From the NCBI GenBank assembly GCA_951406725.2, contig OX597821.1:45632001-45696000 (forward strand): a DNA stretch of 64,000 nt, in the 5' to 3' direction. Position 1 is the first letter of the stretch; each line of letters begins with the position of its first letter. The position numbers and the translations under genes are program-made. Positions 1-12,396 of this stretch are shown piece after piece. This DNA comes from Octopus vulgaris (taxonomy: Eukaryota). The notes below the pieces were generated by a model. That model did not search any database, was not told where the DNA came from, and saw nothing but the letters and a program-made list of their open reading frames with translations.

Positions 1-1493
1 TCTAAAAAGTTACTGAGGCGGTGGGTTTCGCATGCGGGACCTGCTATTATGGGTCTCAATTTGAGGTCATTAGGATTAGGGACTTTAATTATTTTGTCTG
101 TGGTTATCTTGCATGCGTTGCTTATTTTTTCACTTTTGTGGATCTTAGGTATACCGTAGAATTGGCTAGTTTTACTTGTGAAATTGGTCATATAATCATA
201 TTCTTTGTCGGTGAGCCCTGCTTTGTATGGGTTAAATATGGATTTTAGTTCCCTCATTATTTTTTGTTGACTGTAGTTTTGTGCCTTTTCATAGTATGTT
301 GTGTCTTCCAGCATAGAAAGAACCAAAGTTATGTAAAAAGTCGTATCCATTAAGACAACAGCACTCCCTTTATCGGCCTCTTTGATTGTTATTGTTTTAT
401 CTTGTTTTTTGCTGAAGTTTGGTTTGTGTTTTTGTTTGTGCATATGTTGATATGGGTAATTAGATATGTGGTCACAGAAATCATCAAGTGTTTTGTTCTT
501 ACCTTTCGAGGGGGTGTAGTTACTCCTATTTCTGGCTAACGATTCGTCCTCGTTGTATTTATCGTATAGCTCCTCAGTAAGTCTTAATTTTCTGCAGAAT
601 TCTGCGATGTCTTCTTTCATTTCGTTGTAGTTGGGGTGTTGTGGGGTGGGTGTAAACTTGAGTCCTTTGGAAAGTATGTTTATTTGGTTTGCTGTTAGTT
701 CCTTGTGAGTTAGATTGATAATTTTTATTACTTTTGGTTCCTCCTGCTTGTTTGGTGCTATCTTGTGTTCTCTGTGTTTGCGTATTGGGTCTAAAAAATG
801 AATGCGGTGGTTGGGACGGTAGCTGTTATATAGTTGTTCTTTGTTGATGTGGGGTCTCCTGTTGTGATTTATGGTGTGTGTTCTTGGGGGAGTATTGAGG
901 AGAGCATCCCGATATCCCATATTCGGGTGTGGTGTTCTAGGAGGCCTTCGTTGGTAATCATTGTAAGTGGTGTGGGTTTGTTGTGCATGGTTGTTTAACC
1001 GGTTGATGGGACGGAGATTTCGTTGGTAACTCTTTTGGGTGGGGATAAGGTTGCAGTGTCTATGCTGTGGGTGTTGATTTATCCATTATCTGCTTGAAGT
1101 GGGGGTATTCCTGATATTGTAACGCTGGTTGCTTACAGAGTTAGGGTTAGGTCCTGTATTCTTTTTTTGAAAGTAGTGAAGGTTCCGATTTTTAGACAGG
1201 TGTGTATCGGTGTTTGGGTGTTGTTTTGGTTTTCTTATTTTCTGGAAAGGGTTGTTGGAGGCGTGCTCTGTTTGAAAGACGGCTTCATAGTCTGAGAACC
1301 AAATGGCGCTTTTCTCCCAGCGTTGGAGAGATTTTAGTTCTTCTTCTTCACAGTCCTTTTTCCATAGTTTGGAGAACTTCTCTTGATCTGGGCCTTGGGT
1401 CATTTTGCGAATTTCTTCGTTGATATCTTCATCGGTGGATTTTATTTTGTCCTCATTCGTTTGGGCCCTCAATTTCAGAAGTTCTATTTCCAT
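1..1493 (-). mobile_element. Penelope-like element (PLE), 5' part of RT ORF, decayed, runs off window start
   Basis: Minus frame reads IINLTHKELTANQINILSKGLKFTPTP...EFCRKLRL...TIKEADKGSAVVLMD...FYGIPKIHK...LRPIIAGPACETHRLSNFL (PLE RT motifs). Premature TAA at 1086-1088 and a frameshift near 255. Confidence 0.9.
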
Positions 1494-1736
1494 ATATATA
1501 TATATACGTATACGCAAGCATAAATATTTACACATACACACTCACACACACACGCACACACACACTCAACACGTACACGCATAACTAGACATATAAGCAC
1601 ACAGACATGCACACATACATGTATAGAAACAAACGACTGCGCTCGAATTAACGTATAACTAGTTAAGCATTCCACAGACACGTATATCCCCAATGAAATT
1701 CTTTGGCAGGGTCGGCTCAATGCAGTGTGTGAGAAG

Positions 1737-1900
1737 TATAGGATTTTCCACATTTTCCGTCTACTCAATTTCTCCCACAGGGTGGGGGCGACTGAGGCAA
1801 CCGTAGAAAACGATATTTGACGGAGATGCCACTCACTGGGACCGAACGCGGGACCTCGTGTTTGCGAAACGAACTTCTTGACTAGTCAGCAATACTGAGC
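1737..1900 (-). mobile_element. Old copy of tRNA-headed SINE family C
   Basis: Diverged match to the copies at 3840-4045, 41862-42022 and 45883-46217 (ttccgtctac..., gtagaagacact..., gggactgaacc). Confidence 0.55.
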
Positions 1901-2754
1901 CTCGTAAATTAAATATTCTTGCTAAATTTGAGCTCTGTTTTCAAAGAGTAACTAATTAAAATCATGCAGTTGATTAGATAGATTTAGTTAGCAAGAAAAT
2001 TTGAATACAGAATTTGAACTGAGTACCAGTTTTACGTTTGACATATCTGATTTTAGCAAGCTGTTGTTATGACATTTCAGTTATTTCAGTGAAAGCTATT
2101 GAACGGAAATCAGCGAGTCTTCTATGCTAAAAATAGAGAACAATCCTAGCTATTCACTTCTGAAGAATTCTATGAATTCAGCAATGAAAATTGTTACTGA
2201 ACAAAAGAAGATATATGAGATCAAACAATAACTACATTTCATTAAATATTTGAAGATAAAAAGAATATTATTCGTGAAGAAAATTGGTATTTGTGGGGAA
2301 AGGAAAATTTCTTAGAGAGAGAGATAAAAGTGAGCAATATCTTTTTTTCCTCTTTTTCCTATTTTGAAGTGATAAAAAAAAATTATCTCTTTAAATATTA
2401 TTGATGAAGTCAGTGTAAATTGCTTTCATTTACATTCAGTAATTGAAACATAAACCAACCTATTACTTCACCTCTCGATCATTTACAAAAAGAAAATCAA
2501 GAAATCTTACACTGCAGTACAGTCAGGCATTTGACAATAAAAAAAAAGAAACAATGAGTTGGGCGAAAAGAGTAGAAAGGGGAGAGAATCTTCTCAATGT
2601 TTGCACAATTTCGATACTTCATAACCGTTTTAAGGATTGAGATATTTAATAAAATTGAGCAGATACATACTTTAAAGACCCCTGTGATTTTATCATATAT
2701 CATCATCCCTACTCCCACACCACCTCATTCAAACCACGACCAGCACCAATAATA

Positions 2755-2760
<6 letters not shown>

Positions 2761-2852
<92 letters not shown>
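2761..2852. repeat. (ATT)n microsatellite
   Basis: About 30 perfect ATT units. Confidence 0.98.
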
Positions 2853-3090
2853 CGTTCATATATTGGACACAAGTTCAGCGAAAACAAGATTGCGAAGATG
2901 AAAGAGAAAAACACGGAAAGAAAGAAATCTTACATCAATTGATAATGAAATTAAACTTGCATAATTACACACACACAAACACACACACACACACACACAC
3001 ACATGCACGTGTGTGTGTGTGTGTATAGTCAATAAAAAAAAACACAGTGCGGACGATACACATGTTTCAGAGAAAAGCATTAGTTGATTA

Positions 3091-3718
3091 CGAGAAATTA
3101 TGCGATGAACTTCATTGGCTTATAGCTGTTTCTGCTATAAATTGCAATACACTCATAGTTGAGTGTTTGTGTATAACCTTATAGCTTTGCCGGAGTTTAA
3201 AAAATGGAATGTAATTTAATTTGAAAAGTATTTATATAAATATAAAGCATCACCAAAATCCAAAATACATATAGTGAATTCTAACATCAGGTTTTCAGTA
3301 TGGCTAAGCCTAAGCGAAATATTAAGATACAAAAACTCCCATCCAGTTCTAACAACTAATAATACCATGACATTAAAAAAGACTTATTTGGGAAATTCCC
3401 TAAAGAACATATCACTATCACTAAGGAAAGCTTACCTCGAAATGTTACTCCAACGTACCAACGACTTCATTCAGCACATATACACAAAATGATCCAAATC
3501 TTCATATTTCTGAGAGTGGATTTCCCCCTTCAAGGTCGATCCTATATTTTGGTGATGCTTTCCATATATATATAAATGATTTCCTAAATAAAATTGCGCT
3601 TCATTTCTGAAGGTCCAGTGAAGCTATCAGGTGACACACAAGCACTCAATTATGAGTGCATTACATCTTATAGCAGGAACAGCTGTAAGCTAAAGCAGCT
3701 CATTACATAATTTCTTGT
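3091..3718. repeat. Long diverged inverted repeat enclosing a PLE ORF N-terminal fragment
   Basis: Arms about 3091-3259 and 3546-3718 are reverse complements. The spacer encodes SLKNISLSLRKAYLEMLLQRTNDFIQHI, resembling the SLKNIP...YL..L..KTE.FI start of a PLE ORF. Confidence 0.75.
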
Positions 3719-3755
3719 TCCCTTGTCATTTATGTAATCTCTCTTAAGTGTGTGT

Positions 3756-3827
<72 letters not shown>

Positions 3828-3839
3828 GCATGTGTGTGT

Positions 3840-4045
3840 GACGGGCTTCTTTCTGTTTCCGTCTACCAAATCCACTCACAAGGCTTTGGTTGGCCCGAGG
3901 CTAGAGCAGAAGACACTTGCACAAGGTACCACGCAGTGGGACTGAACCCGGAACCATGTGGCTGGGAAGCTAGCTACTTCCCACACAGCAACCTCTGCGC
4001 CTACAGAACCACACCTGCGCCTACACAGTCACGCCTGCGCCTGTT
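3840..4045 (-). mobile_element. tRNA-headed SINE family C (CORE-like ccttgggcaag segment)
   Basis: Minus strand reads ...tgtgtgggaagtagctagcttcccagccacatggttccgggttcagtcccactgcgtggtaccttgtgcaagtgtcttc... More than 10 copies in the window. Confidence 0.85.
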
Positions 4046-4059
4046 TTTAGGTGCGACTA

Positions 4060-4338
4060 ATATGTTGGGAAATATCTCAAACATATTCTTCCGGCACAAA
4101 CTATATATCATAACGAAATTTTAAAAATTGAATAAGAGAAGAAACGCGAGAAAAACCGAGAATGCGGCATGTAGAAAATGTAGATGGTATTTTTCGTTTT
4201 CCATTTTTTTATCTTCTGCATTTTCTATATGTTGCCTTCTCAGTTTTTTCGCATGTCTTCTCTTATTCAATTTTTTTTAGTTCGTTATGACATGTGGTTT
4301 GTGTCAGAAGAATATGTTTGAGATATTTCTCAACATAT
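4060..4338. repeat. Foldback hairpin, arms about 125 bp, loop about 30 nt
   Basis: 4060-4184 is the reverse complement of 4215-4338 with mostly transition differences. Confidence 0.9.
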
Positions 4339-4455
4339 GATACCATTAAGTAGCACTTGAAGACATGTATTGTATCCTTTGAATAAATAGTATTTATCTT
4401 TCACCAGATGGAGTATTTTTTGTTGAATTTTTTTCATCACGAAGCTGTACATTAT

Positions 4456-4504
<49 letters not shown>

Positions 4505-4689
4505 CAAACGTACATATGTATATATATAATCAAGGTGCAGAAATGGCGTACTCTGGATGAATAAGGTGATGTAACCCGATAGTAGAAAGAATTCCGCGAA
4601 TTAGGTACTTCAAAACCAGTCAGAAGGACGGGGGTCCGTGTGCGCGTACGGTAAATAGTTAATAAAAAAAGAGACGGAGAAAAAAAGAA

Positions 4690-4820
4690 AACGCGAAGCA
4701 GAGCTTTGCTCGAAACATAAAACACCCTTTCTTTCCTTCACTGAGCGTCTTATTAATACTTTGCATGTACCTCGCATTGTTGTTTTTTCTTGTTGTCCTT
4801 TTTTCTCGGTTTTTTTTTAT
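4690..4820 (+). mobile_element. Partial copy of hammerhead-bearing short repeat
   Basis: gagctttgctcgaaacataaaac...ctttccttcactgagcgtc is homologous to 6510-6712 (-) and 39975-40170 (+). The CUGANGA core is decayed here. Confidence 0.7.
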
Positions 4821-4959
4821 GAATGTATGTATGTATGTATGTATGTATGTATGTATGTATGTATGTATGTATGCATGTATGTATGTATGCATGTGTGTGT
4901 ATGTATGTCTATATATATATATATATATATATATGGGGAGAGAGAGAGAGAGAGAGAAG

Positions 4960-5034
<75 letters not shown>

Positions 5035-5574
5035 GGATTAATGTATTTTCGGGACCAAAAAGAAACATTCACGCAGTAAAAAATCTTTCGGTGGCGAAGT
5101 CCCTGCAATAGATGCAGGACATCGTCAACGAGTACTCCAGTTGATTGAGGGCCATCATCGAACAACTCAGGGCGTGTGGTATACGAGGACAATAGGCACA
5201 AGCTCCAGGTGATGAGCGAGGAGTAATTAAAGCTCAAGAGAAAACAAGTTAACTGTGTGTTCACGTGAATCCCTACTGGTCTCATCCCATTCATCCTGAG
5301 GCGTCGTCAGGTCAGGTGAAAGGACAATATTAAGAACTAGCTGGGAGCTGTCATCGTAGGTAACATCAGCAGCATCGACAGCACTGGCGGCATCGGCGTA
5401 GCTGCCTGATCCTGACATACAATGGCTTTCATTAATGTATCGGAATGTCATTAGGACGAAGAGAAGGTTTTGGTGAGGAATGTCATTAGGACGAAGAGAA
5501 GGTTTTGGTGAATGACCCGTTTCTTTGATGTATTTTGTTGAACGCAGGAGTACAACTTTTCTGAAAGTATGTTG

Positions 5575-6468
5575 ATTGTTTTTCGCTTGGCGTCTCATCA
5601 GTTTTCCAGGGCGTTTGATCTTGGTAGCCTTTCTTCACTCTCTCAACAAGTTGGTATAATACTCTCAATTGAGTGGTGGACTTTTTGTTGATAGTCAATA
5701 AACACAATGCCTCTTGCATCTGAAAAAAAACTTAGGCCATCACCTTTCCCACAGATAAAACAAGTTTGGCCTTCTTTGGAACAGGTAAGGTGGTTGGTGT
5801 TTCCAGTGCATGGATTGTCTCTTTGCCTTTGGTTCAAAGTGATGAATCCAGCACTCATTTTGGCTTAGGAAACGTTCAAGGAAATCAGCTGGATCTGCCT
5901 GAGACAATGTCAGATTTTTCCGTGATGTGATCAGCCTGGTGCGCTTTTGATCAGGTGTTAGATGTAGCATCCACCGTGCAGAATATTCTAAACTCTCTCA
6001 GGAGATAAGTAAACAGCATTGGCTATTTGATTTATTGCCTGTCATCCATCATCATGTAGTGAACACGATCAATGTTTTCTTTGATGGTGGCAGTTGCAGG
6101 ACGTCCAGACCTTGAGTCATCTTCAAAACTCTCCATTCCCCTCCTAAAATTAGCTGCCCACTTTCGCACTCTTGATAAAGCTGGAGCGTCATATCTTAAT
6201 GTAGCATTCGTGTCAGCATGAATGCCGTTGGGGCCTAAACTCTTTTAATGCAGACAGTTGATAAACATCACTATGCCCAGTTTTATTGATTTCCAAGAGA
6301 AGTCGCTACTAGTGACTTTTGAGGTCTTCTTTGAACAGGGAGATATCAATTTATTTGGAAGAAAACAACGCAGCATTGATAAGAAGGGTTGAAATTAACG
6401 CTTGCAACTTTTTACATCTCTTGTATCACTCCTTCATGGTCAGCCTATGAACTTTTCAGCCCACCCAC

Positions 6469-6469
<1 letters not shown>
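5575..6469 (-). mobile_element. Mariner transposon, 5' TIR plus decayed 3'-truncated transposase
   Basis: LTPDQKRTRLITSR...FLERFLSQNECWIHHFEP...QSMHWKH...DARGIVFIDY. Terminus (ta)cgtgggtgggctgaaaagttc abuts a TA tract. Confidence 0.88.
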
Positions 6470-6508
<39 letters not shown>

Positions 6509-6509
6509 A

Positions 6510-6712
6510 AACATGAAAACACAATGAGAAAACACAGCAACGCAAGGGAGGACGTGGAACAAGTATAGTATTATTGGACGCTCAGGAAAGAAAGAAAGAA
6601 GGAGGGTTTAACGTTTCGAGCGGAGCTCTTCGTCAGAAACATAGGAAAAGGAAAGATCCAAAGAAGGGAAGACGGAGAAAAAAAATCGCCAACGGTACAC
6701 ACGCAGTCACAG
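6510..6712 (-). mobile_element. About 200 bp hammerhead-bearing repeat (PLE pLTR or retrozyme-like) within (TA)n
   Basis: Three homologous copies in the window, flanked by TA tracts. Confidence 0.7.
6606..6640 (-). ncRNA. Candidate minimal hammerhead ribozyme
   Basis: 5'-GUUU-CUGACGA-A-GAGC-UCC-GCUC-GAA-ACGU-U-AAAC-3': intact core, stem I GUUU/AAAC, stem II GAGC/GCUC, palindromic ACGU stem III. Confidence 0.7.
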
Positions 6713-7105
6713 TTTGAATATATATATATATATATATTCACATTATGTTTATTACACATACTGGTGTGTATGTTTGTGCATTTATATGTGTAACGTGATA
6801 ACAGTTTTTTAAATCATTAACTATATACCTTGATCTTAAGTAAAACGCAAGTGCCCATTGAGATAAGAAGAAAGTATAATTTCAATCTGTTAATTACGCA
6901 ATCCGAGTTTCTGTAAGAGCGAAATTACAGACTGAATCCCCAAATTAACACTTTACAATTTCCGTGAGTGTGAAATCTCATAAACTGAGGGAGCTGTCGC
7001 GTAGAGGGTGCCTAAAGATCTATCTATCTATCTATATTGAGAGAGAGAGAAAGAGAGAGAGAGAGAAAGGGAGATAGATAGATATATAGATAGACACACA
7101 CATAC

Positions 7106-7210
<105 letters not shown>

Positions 7211-7214
7211 TACA

Positions 7215-7330
7215 AGGTGGCATATGGCTTAGTGGCTAAGGCGTTGTGCTCATAATTGTAAGGTTGTGGTTTCGATCAGTGGACATGAGATATATTGTGT
7301 TCTTAAGCAAAACACTTCATTTCACGTTAC
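7215..7330 (+). mobile_element. Old tRNA-derived SINE head
   Basis: A box tggcttagtgg and B box-like ggtttcgatc, followed by CORE-like tgttcttaagcaaaacacttc. Confidence 0.6.
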
Positions 7331-7470
7331 ATGCGTGTTCAAGGCTTGATGTTTCATAAAAGTATAATTAAATAAATATGTTGATCACATGAATTGTTTG
7401 CAGGTAATGATAGGCAAATTAAAAAAAACTTGTCGTCTAAGTATTCTTTTGTATTGCCCATAATTTTTAT

Positions 7471-7769
7471 CACGTGACGACACCAGCCAATCAGAGCATT
7501 GCTTGAATGTCGTCTGCTTTAACAGACTTAAAATGCCATGGCTGGGTTGTTCCTCCTCTGTAGCATGAAAAACGCTAACATATCAAGTCCTTGTTTTATC
7601 AACACATATCACTTCTACAAAGTCTTTCAAATCTTCATGCACAAAAATATATTGACACTCAACATGTCACTGCATTGAATATTTTGTTATTTTGTCAAGG
7701 TTTCTGCAACAAAATCTCGACAATTCAGCAGAGTTCTAGAGATGATTTTTCGAAAGAAAACAGGTATTT
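7471..7769 (+). promoter_or_regulatory. Promoter/first-exon cassette 1
   Basis: CACGTG 7471, CCAAT 7487, GTCGTCTGC 7509, then ...ttcgaaagaaaacag|GTATTT donor at 7764. Confidence 0.65.
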
Positions 7770-8056
7770 ATTATAGAGTTGTATAATATATCTTATTAAT
7801 TCTGGTAACTTGTGTTATAATATCTTATCAGAATTTTTAGAAAAGTAATTGTGGATGAGTATGTATAAACATTTGGATCTTTAGACTACAAAGACATTCA
7901 AAATTTATGTATGCATATAATTCAAACACAGACAGACAGACTGATGGACACTCCGACAGACAGAAGACAGATAACACACATTCACACACACACACACACA
8001 CACACACTCATCAGTATATGCATATATATATACATATTAAGAATATAAAGTAAATT

Positions 8057-8102
<46 letters not shown>

Positions 8103-8273
8103 CACTGAGAATCGATCGAGTTGTCGGAAATATCTGCTAGAAATGTGCATTAAATCAAACTCACTGATGAAAAAAGCCAACAAAAAAAAAAGCAACCAAA
8201 AATATCCCCCTTAAACAAGAAACTACACATTAGCCAAAGGCTACAAATATATACATACATATATACATACACA

Positions 8274-8320
<47 letters not shown>

Positions 8321-8533
8321 TTACATACATATACATATTCATATACATACAGATATATACATTACATAGACATACATACAATCTACACACACATACACAC
8401 ATAAATACACTAATTAACTGTTTAACTAATTACTAAATAGATATGTTAATGACAGGCAATGGTAAAACCTGATGATGAGAATATAACAAATATAAAAAAA
8501 AAATTAGTTTTCATTGTTGTTGTAAAAGTTAAC

Positions 8534-9007
8534 CACGTGACAAGGTTAACCAATCAGAACGTTATTTGAGTGTCGTCTGCTTTATTCAGTTCATTGCTTT
8601 TCTCTAACAGACGCTACGCTTTTAGGACGAGAGACGCTGAATATTGATTCCGCTGCCGCCGCCGCCTTATGAAAGATACTAATATTTGTTATAGTCATCG
8701 TTTGCACGCCAGGTAAAGTGTTTAGAGGCATTTAGTCCGTCTTTACGTTCTGAGTTTAAATTCCACTGAGGTCGACTTTGCCTGTCACCCTTCGGATCCG
8801 ATAAAATAAGTAGCAGTCAAGTGCTGAGGGGGTCGATCTAATCGCCTCCGCATCTTATTTTTTAATACTTAGGCATCAAAGTATCTTGACACTTATTTGT
8901 GTCCTCACTGAATGTTCTGAGAATGTTTTTATAAAGATGATATTTAAAATTTTTTTCGAGAATTCGGCAACATTATAGAGAAGATACTTCGAAGAAATCA
9001 GGTATTT
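8534..9007 (+). promoter_or_regulatory. Promoter/first-exon cassette 2 (contains a SINE A insertion at about 8700-8850)
   Basis: CACGTG 8534, CCAAT 8550, GTCGTCTGC 8572, then ...ttcgaagaaatcag|GTATTT donor at 9002. Confidence 0.65.
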
Positions 9008-9132
9008 ATTATATTGTTGTGTAGTATATTTTATTAACACTGGCAACTAATGCCGTAATAGTTTTCTAAATTATTGCATAGCTGATAGTGTATATGTATT
9101 TACAGAGATTTGGGCTATATATAAAATAAATA

Positions 9133-9279
9133 GATAGAGAGATGATGGATAGATAGGTGGACGGACGTTATTTGAGTGTCGTCTGCTTTATTCAGTTCAT
9201 TGCTTTTCTCTAACAGACGCTACACTTGTAGGACGAGAGACGCTGAATATTGATAGAGAGATGATGGATAGATAGGTGG
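9133..9279 (+). repeat. 90 bp copy of the cassette-2 core between 28 bp direct repeats
   Basis: 9165-9254 matches 8559-8648 with 2 mismatches. Direct repeats at 9133-9160 and 9252-9279. Confidence 0.9.
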
Positions 9280-9464
9280 GTGGTTTGGAAGACGAATAGG
9301 TATTAACTTTCTAAGACTATTATGATTTAAATGCAGGAGGGGACTTTCTGTTTGGCTTCAACTTTCCAATTCTTTCAATTTTGTTCCAATTGATTTCAAA
9401 GTTGGTGTATTGATATAGTTTTGGGGGATGCACTTTTCAGGAGAGGTGTGATTCTACATTAGCC

Positions 9465-9530
<66 letters not shown>

Positions 9531-9577
9531 TCATATATGTATGTATTTATAAGTATGTATATTTTCGTGTATGTGTT

Positions 9578-9616
<39 letters not shown>

Positions 9617-9700
9617 GCAGCCGAGTCAATATGTTGTTAAATGTGTGTGTGTATGTGTGAGTGTGTGTGTGTGTGAGTGTGTATGTGTGTGTGCGAGTGT

Positions 9701-9818
<118 letters not shown>

Positions 9819-10261
9819 ATACGCAGAACACAATACAACTGTATGTTAATATATATTATCCCAATAACAATTCACTAAGTAATGTGGGAATCTTTTGGGT
9901 ATCAATCGAGTTGCTAGAAACGACAGCCAAATATCTACAAAATCAAATCCCGCTGTCTTTAGAAAACTAAACAAACGAAACAACCCATTCGATAAAGAAA
10001 TTTGAAAATAGACAAGACAGTCTCAGATGAAATGTCTCTGATAATATGTTTGATTAGAAGCCGATAGCTAAACCACCCTCGTAACAATCAACCATATTGT
10101 CATATAATATTGGTTCTTTTTTAAAATTGATTTAATAGCTAACTAATTATTACTTAGTAAACATGTTAATTCTGTACCATTTTAACCCATATTGGAGAGA
10201 ATCTAACAATTTTCCAAAAATTATCGGCTGTTTTCTTTTAGTCCTTTTTGTAAGAGTTAAT

Positions 10262-10516
10262 CATGTGACATGATCAACCAATCAGAGCTCCACATGAGTG
10301 TCGTCTGCTTTATTCCGTTCAATTCTTTACCTTTCAGTAGAGTTGAAATGCAATGTCTAGAATCTTCCCCGATTGAAGTAAAGTCACCTTTAGCAGTAGT
10401 CATGGTTTTATCACCTCATAATACTACTTCAAAATATATTAACTCATCGCCTTACGGAATGTTTTGATTGTGCAGCAGAACGCTTGGGAAGTTTCTTCGA
10501 AAGAAAATAGGTATTG
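10262..10516 (+). promoter_or_regulatory. Promoter/first-exon cassette 3
   Basis: CATGTG 10262, CCAAT 10278, GTCGTCTGC 10300, then ...ttcgaaagaaaatag|GTATTG donor at 10511. Confidence 0.65.
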
Positions 10517-10790
10517 TGAATCATCTAACTTATATATAATTATGCATAATGGTTTTGTTCAATATTGTGTTTCGTTACAAAAAATGTAAATAATTAAAAA
10601 AAATTAATACTTGTTTTATATATGCATTTATAAATGTATTTATAAATACATGCATGCATGTATGCTCGTAAATGTATACATATATGCATGCACACAAATA
10701 TGTACATATCTGCGTGTGTGTGAGTGTGCGAACATACATATGTATGCATATATGTATACACACACATATATACGTATATCTATCTAACTA

Positions 10791-10821
<31 letters not shown>

Positions 10822-10826
10822 TTCTG

Positions 10827-10864
<38 letters not shown>

Positions 10865-10930
10865 CATCTATATATATATATACATATATCTACATATATA
10901 TATTTACATATATATATACATATATATATC

Positions 10931-10968
<38 letters not shown>

Positions 10969-11252
10969 TATATATATAGCAAAAATTTAGATTCAGATGA
11001 ATTAGGTACTTAAGTTCAGGCACCAGAATTTAGTACTGTATTATCCAGAAATTATCCAGACAGCCTGCCTGCCTGTATGTATGTATGTATGTATGTATGT
11101 ATGTATGTATGTATGTATGTATGTATGTATGTATGTATGTATGTATGTATGTATCTATGTATGTATGTATGTATGTATGCATGCATGTAGATAGATGCAT
11201 GCATGCAGATAGATGTGGGTGCGTGTGTGTTTGTGTATGTGTGAGTGTGTGT

Positions 11253-11608
11253 GGAGGCACAATGACCCAGTAGGATCGCGGTTTCGATTCCCAGGCCGGG
11301 CGTTGTGAGTATTTATTGAGCGAAAACACCTAAAGCTCCACGTGGCTCCGGCAGAGGGTGGTGGCGAACCTTGCCGTACTCTTTCACCACAACTTTCTCT
11401 CACTCTTTCTTCCTGCTTCTCTTGTACCTGTATTTCAAAGGGCCAGCCTTGTCACACTCTGTGTCACGCTGAATCTCTCCGAGAACTACGTTAATGGCAC
11501 ACGTGTCTGTGGAGAGGTGCTCAGCCAATTGCACGGTAATTGCATGAGCAAGCTATTCCGTTGATCGGATCAACTGAAACCGTCATCGTCATAACCGACG
11601 GAGTACCA
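11253..11608 (+). mobile_element. tRNA-derived SINE family B (deletion in head)
   Basis: Homologous over its length to 36092-36467 (-). B box ggtttcgattccc. Confidence 0.88.
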
Positions 11609-11610
11609 TG

Positions 11611-11741
<131 letters not shown>

Positions 11742-11985
11742 TTACGTATATATGAGTATATCAAAATTTTCCGAACGTGAAACTCTGAGTAGCAGTTTTT
11801 TGTGATGTTTTGCAGCTTTAATAATAAGGTATATATATATATGTCACAACGATCTCGAATACACAAGTGCAAACAAGGGAGTCAGAGAAAGGCAGAAGGC
11901 CACCTATATCTGAACACTACTATGGAAGTATTTCTTTAAAAAAACTTTTCTTCTAATTTTTCTAAATTTAATTATTTAATCGTTA

Positions 11986-12023
11986 CAGTTGAAAAGGTCT
12001 CAAAATGACCGAAACCGGTACTG
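11986..12023 (+). ncRNA. Decayed minimal hammerhead in an element of about 270 bp (11842-12112) within (TA)n
   Basis: CAG-UUGAAAA-GGUC-ucaaaau-GACC-GAA-ACCGGU-A-CUG. Stems are intact; the core differs from CUGANGA by two transitions. Confidence 0.5.
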
Positions 12024-12110
12024 AAAGATTCACTATAAAATCATCTTAGCATTTTCTATTTTTGACTTGTTTTTTCATATGTATCAACTCGTGTGTTCCT
12101 TTCCACCCTT

Positions 12111-12167
<57 letters not shown>

Positions 12168-12198
12168 GAGAGAGAGGGAGAGAGAGAGAGAGAGAGGA

Positions 12199-12240
<42 letters not shown>

Positions 12241-12241
12241 C

Positions 12242-12279
<38 letters not shown>

Positions 12280-12310
12280 CATACATAAAGACAAACAGAA
12301 AAACAGACAT

Positions 12311-12396
12311 ACAGACGAGGTTTAAGGACGGCATAATGACTATCATGAAGTCACTTGGAATGAATCCAGAGAACAAAGAAACCCTTGCTTCGGATC

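Noticed and set aside
785-800. Slippery heptamer TTTTTTA on the minus strand in the PLE ORF
   Set aside because: The frame continues through HFLDP into the RT region without needing a frameshift.
1945-2295. Possible upstream cassette relic (aactaatt... and ttcgtgaagaaaattg|gtatttg at 2287)
   Set aside because: No E-box, CCAAT or GTCGTCTGC at the fixed spacing. The similarity could be chance in AT-rich DNA.
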